Below are positions 36,915 to 39,374 of a stretch of 39,374 nucleotides of DNA, piece by piece. Under the pieces are notes generated by a model that was given only the letters and a program-made list of their open reading frames with translations, was not told the DNA's origin and searched no databases. Numbering within the stretch: position 1 is the first letter of the stretch; the number at the start of each line of letters is the position of its first letter. Origin of the DNA: a virus (lineage: Duplodnaviria > Heunggongvirae > Uroviricota > Caudoviricetes); IMG/VR virus record IMGVR_UViG_3300029009_000036, positions 1-39,374 of that record; one strand, 5' to 3'. The translations under genes were made by a program, and so were the position numbers.

Positions 36915-37187
36915 ATGAATACCTTGTTTTTACTGATGGCTGAATTCAATACCCTAAACATTGAACTCTCAGCAGTTAGTCAAAAATACTTTGGTATGAG
37001 TCCAGCCACGGCAGAAGCAAAAGCAAACGCTTGTAAGTTGCCCGTTCCAACATATCGCATCGGCACATCACAAAAAGCAAAACGTTGCATCAATATTCAG
37101 GATCTTGCGGAATACATAGACAAAAGGCGAGAAGAAGGGCGTGCTGAGTGGGAAAGGGTCAGAACCCATAAACAAAGGCTCATTTAA
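36915..37187 (+). CDS. Excisionase-like winged-helix DNA-binding protein (PrtN/AlpA-like, unverified)
   Basis: 90 aa, ATG at 36915 with GGAGAAA RBS; MNTLFLLMAEF... recalls PrtN-family proteins; attR-proximal position opposite int mirrors torI in KplE1. Confidence 0.55.
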   Translation: MNTLFLLMAEFNTLNIELSAVSQKYFGMSPATAEAKANACKLPVPTYRIGTSQKAKRCINIQDLAEYIDKRREEGRAEWERVRTHKQRLI

Positions 37188-37194
37188 ATAGAAT

Positions 37195-37228
37195 ATGAAT
37201 AAACCCATCCAAAGGTGGGTTTATTCAT
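37195..37228. terminator. Perfect 13-bp hairpin between convergent genes
   Basis: atgaataaaccca / tgggtttattcat with 8-nt loop tccaaagg; U-rich tract on minus strand; overlaps stop of the 37221-37682 gene. Confidence 0.65.
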
Positions 37229-37682
37229 AATGTTGAAGAGCAGCGAGTATCAGTTTTTTATGCCGTTTAACCATGATTTTAGATATCTCAACTGCACATC
37301 GAACTTGTCTCATACAATGATCTGTAATGCGACCTTTTAGCACGTCGCCATATTGGATGGCTATTTTCTCTTTAATAATTTCAAGATCGAAAGCAGCATG
37401 AGCCTCAATGCAATTAACAAATGAGTCCCATTTAAGAAAATCATGGTCCTCTCTATTAATTTCGACCTGACAAGCCATAAGATCATTGTTTCTCTTAATA
37501 AATTCATTTATATCTGAATTTATTAGAAGAACTAAAAGAGGTTCACAGCAAACAACCACCATATATTTTACTTTAGGTGGGGTCGTAAAATCACAATGAA
37601 GATACAATACATCACCGGGTGATATACCTCTTTCACGACTAAAATTAGCCTTAAAATCAGGAGGGAAACAATCACCCAGCAT
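37221..37682 (-). CDS. Uncharacterised partner protein of Panacea-domain gene (candidate toxin/effector)
   Basis: 153 aa from ATG 37682 (TTG 37691 alternative); starts 6 nt after Panacea-gene stop; AT-rich; no domain recognised. Confidence 0.6.
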   Translation of the reverse strand: MLGDCFPPDFKANFSRERGISPGDVLYLHCDFTTPPKVKYMVVVCCEPLLVLLINSDINEFIKRNNDLMACQVEINREDHDFLKWDSFVNCIEAHAAFDLEIIKEKIAIQYGDVLKGRITDHCMRQVRCAVEISKIMVKRHKKLILAALQHYE

Positions 37683-37687
37683 AAGTA

Positions 37688-38269
37688 TCAATATCCGTTC
37701 TTCAGATAATCCAGTATTAATTTGCTATTTTTTAGCTGTGCAACTATCGATTCCAAAGACATCTCACCATTGTGATCTGCCTGTTCCCATGCCGCGTCAT
37801 GGCTCATGGTTCTGATAGCTTCAAAGGACATGTTTCCAAGCATCGCGATAGACTTATCAATACACTCTAAATCTGAGTCACTAAAAAAGTCTTCATCAGC
37901 TTCACGGCTCGGCACAATCATCATACCTGATACAGAAAATGCTTTTCGCACAGAATCGACATCACAACCATTAGGAATGTAACGTCCATCTCCACGAGCA
38001 ATTTTTATAATATCGTATGTGTTGCTTGCTACAGGCCCATCCTTCATAGCGTTATAGTGATCGCCCGTTATGAGGCGTCCAAAACTTTCAAGGTGAAACC
38101 TGTCAGCATAATAAAGAATTTTTCCGACATGATAGATATCTGGGATCGGTGCTTTAGAGGCGACGTACAGAATGGCCTCTAAAGCCTTTTCTGAATCAAA
38201 CCTTACATTTAGCATCAATACACCCTTCATCCAAACAACATCGTCAAGCTCTGGCAAATGCAACCGCAT
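37688..38269 (-). CDS. Panacea-domain (DUF4065, SocA-like) protein, candidate antitoxin
   Basis: 193 aa, ATG at 38269 with AGGAGG RBS; core ...KILYYADRFHLESFGRLITGDHYNAMKDGPVASNTYDIIK... fits the K.LYYA....G.P......A...GPV...Y pattern I associate with DUF4065. Confidence 0.65.
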   Translation of the reverse strand: MRLHLPELDDVVWMKGVLMLNVRFDSEKALEAILYVASKAPIPDIYHVGKILYYADRFHLESFGRLITGDHYNAMKDGPVASNTYDIIKIARGDGRYIPNGCDVDSVRKAFSVSGMMIVPSREADEDFFSDSDLECIDKSIAMLGNMSFEAIRTMSHDAAWEQADHNGEMSLESIVAQLKNSKLILDYLKNGY

Positions 38270-38390
38270 CCGCCTCCTGCAATCTTAAAGTCTTCACCTA
38301 CGCTAGGTCAATTGAAGTGATGAGCAAATGATGCTTTCTAAGAATAACAGGTTCCCAATAGGCTCCCACAAAGTGTATAACTACTTGTTT

Positions 38391-38472
38391 TTCAAAAACG
38401 GTACATCCTATCGAGCATCGGGGCAATCGAGAAACGGTAAGCGGGATAAACAGTGTGTGATTCTGCTGGCAT
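38391..38472 (-). pseudogene. dusA: Displaced original 5' end of dusA (remnant at attR)
   Basis: Minus-strand ATG 38472: [21 protein letters not shown] then diverges to a stop; ...RFSIAPMLD matches the restored dusA copy at the left end. Confidence 0.6.
38411..38427. other. attR core candidate
   Basis: tcgagcatcggggcaat, direct repeat of 109-125. Confidence 0.5.
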
Positions 38473-38627
38473 GGCGACTTTTTAAGCATCTGGTAAATTG
38501 GGGGCGCTACTATAGCATAACGAATATGCGATCAGGCAATGTGACAGCCATGACACCCTGTTCTCGGCGTTTAAGTGAGAACTATGATAAAGTAAGGACA
38601 TTCTTAACCCCACTGTCGAGGTGCCCA

Positions 38628-39143
38628 ATGGAAAAGACCACAACGCAGGAGTTATTAGCGCAGGCTGAAAAAATCTGCGCACAGCGTAATGTGCGCCTGA
38701 CCCCACAGCGCCTCGAAGTGTTGCGCCTGATGAGTCTGCAGGATGGCGCTATCAGCGCTTATGATCTGCTTGATTTGCTGCGCGAAGCTGAACCGCAAGC
38801 CAAGCCGCCAACGGTTTATCGCGCGCTGGAGTTTCTGCTTGAACAAGGTTTTGTGCATAAGGTGGAATCCACCAACAGTTATGTGCTCTGTCATCTGTTC
38901 GATCAGCCCACCCATACTTCAGCCATGTTTATTTGCGATCGCTGCGGCGCGGTGAAAGAAGAATGTGCTGAAGGCGTGGAAGACATCATGCATACGCTGG
39001 CGGCAAAAATGGGTTTTGCCCTGCGGCATAATGTTATTGAAGCACATGGATTATGTTCAGCATGTGTAGAAGTAGAAGCGTGTCGTCATCCTGAACAGTG
39101 CCATCATGACCACTCTATTCAGGTGAAAAAGAAACCTCGCTAA
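38628..39143 (+). CDS. zur: Zinc uptake regulator Zur (Fur family)
   Basis: 171 aa from ATG 38628: MEKTTTQELLAQAEKICAQRNVRLTPQRLEVLRLMSLQDGAISAYDLLDLLREAEPQAKPPTVYRALEFL...; ORF-track extension upstream has no support. Confidence 0.9.
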   Translation: MEKTTTQELLAQAEKICAQRNVRLTPQRLEVLRLMSLQDGAISAYDLLDLLREAEPQAKPPTVYRALEFLLEQGFVHKVESTNSYVLCHLFDQPTHTSAMFICDRCGAVKEECAEGVEDIMHTLAAKMGFALRHNVIEAHGLCSACVEVEACRHPEQCHHDHSIQVKKKPR

Positions 39144-39184
39144 AAGGGTGTACATCCTTGTACATGTCGGGCAGGAGGGATTAA

Positions 39185-39374
39185 TTACCAGCGGTAATCA
39201 TGGCGTTTTTCCCAACTATCAACCTCTTTTTCTGCCTGATCTTTCTGATAACCGTAGCGTTCCTGGATTTTACCCACTAACTGATCACGTTTTCCTTCAA
39301 TGATCGTCATATCATCATCGGTCAGTTTGCCCCATTGCTCTTTCACTTTACCTTTAAACTGTTTCCAGTTACCG
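39185..39374 (-). CDS. yjbJ: YjbJ (CsbD-like stress protein), 3' part; start lies beyond window
   Basis: Minus-strand translation ...GNWKQFKGKVKEQWGKLTDDDMTIIEGKRDQLVGKIQERYGYQKDQAEKEVDSWEKRHDYRW-stop. Confidence 0.8.
   Translation of the reverse strand, partial: GNWKQFKGKVKEQWGKLTDDDMTIIEGKRDQLVGKIQERYGYQKDQAEKEVDSWEKRHDYRW

Larger units (their letters stand above)
109..38427. mobile_element. Integrated prophage (~38.3 kb) inserted in the 5' end of dusA
   Basis: Imperfect 17-bp direct repeats TCGAGCAT(A/C)GG(A/G)GCAAT at 109-125 and 38411-38427, both inside dusA 5' coding sequence (functional copy left, displaced 26-codon remnant right); interior holds integrase plus complete head, tail, lysis, replication and immunity modules. 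Confidence 0.8.

Noticed and set aside
38328-38627. 100-codon N-terminal extension of zur
   Set aside because: Zur begins at MEKTTT (38628); the extension crosses the attR region and dusA remnant.
1-39374. tRNA, rRNA, transposase or IS elements
   Set aside because: No cloverleaf-like tRNA sequence, rRNA or transposase-like ORF seen; integration is into a protein gene, not a tRNA.

Overview
The window is almost entirely one ~38.3 kb prophage inserted into the 5' end of dusA, between dusA (left edge, minus strand, partial) and zur/yjbJ (right edge) of an Escherichia-like chromosome. Reading the minus strand from right to left it has lambdoid organisation: an accessory island at the attR end (Panacea-domain two-gene operon, excisionase-like gene, membrane protein), yfdQ/yfdP-like early-left genes, cI/cro immunity switch with three operator copies, iteron-containing replication gene, Dam methylase, LexA-DBD-only protein, RusA, QuuQ-like Q antiterminator with pR'/tR', lysis cassette (holin, lambda-R-like endolysin, overlapping spanins), HNH/TerS/TerL/portal/protease/HK97-type capsid, a Mu-like contractile tail and baseplate, an e14-like Pin-invertible tail-fibre segment, a Zn-ribbon cargo gene, dinI-like gene and a dusA-type tyrosine integrase. 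All calls rest on reading the translations and motifs by eye; no database search or folding was run, and family names are from memory. The most interesting candidates for undescribed biology are the cargo genes at the prophage ends and in moron positions, which I cannot assign to a characterised system: the Panacea-domain protein plus its 153-aa partner (37221-38269), the Zn-ribbon/HEPN-like gene beside pin (2057-2752), the AT-rich membrane protein (36084-36878), and the secreted-protein moron inside the tail operon (10630-11118). Also notable are a frameshifted pin, a 287-bp tandem duplication with a 30-bp perfect palindrome upstream of HNH, and a ~590-nt ORF-free leader behind the pL-like promoter.
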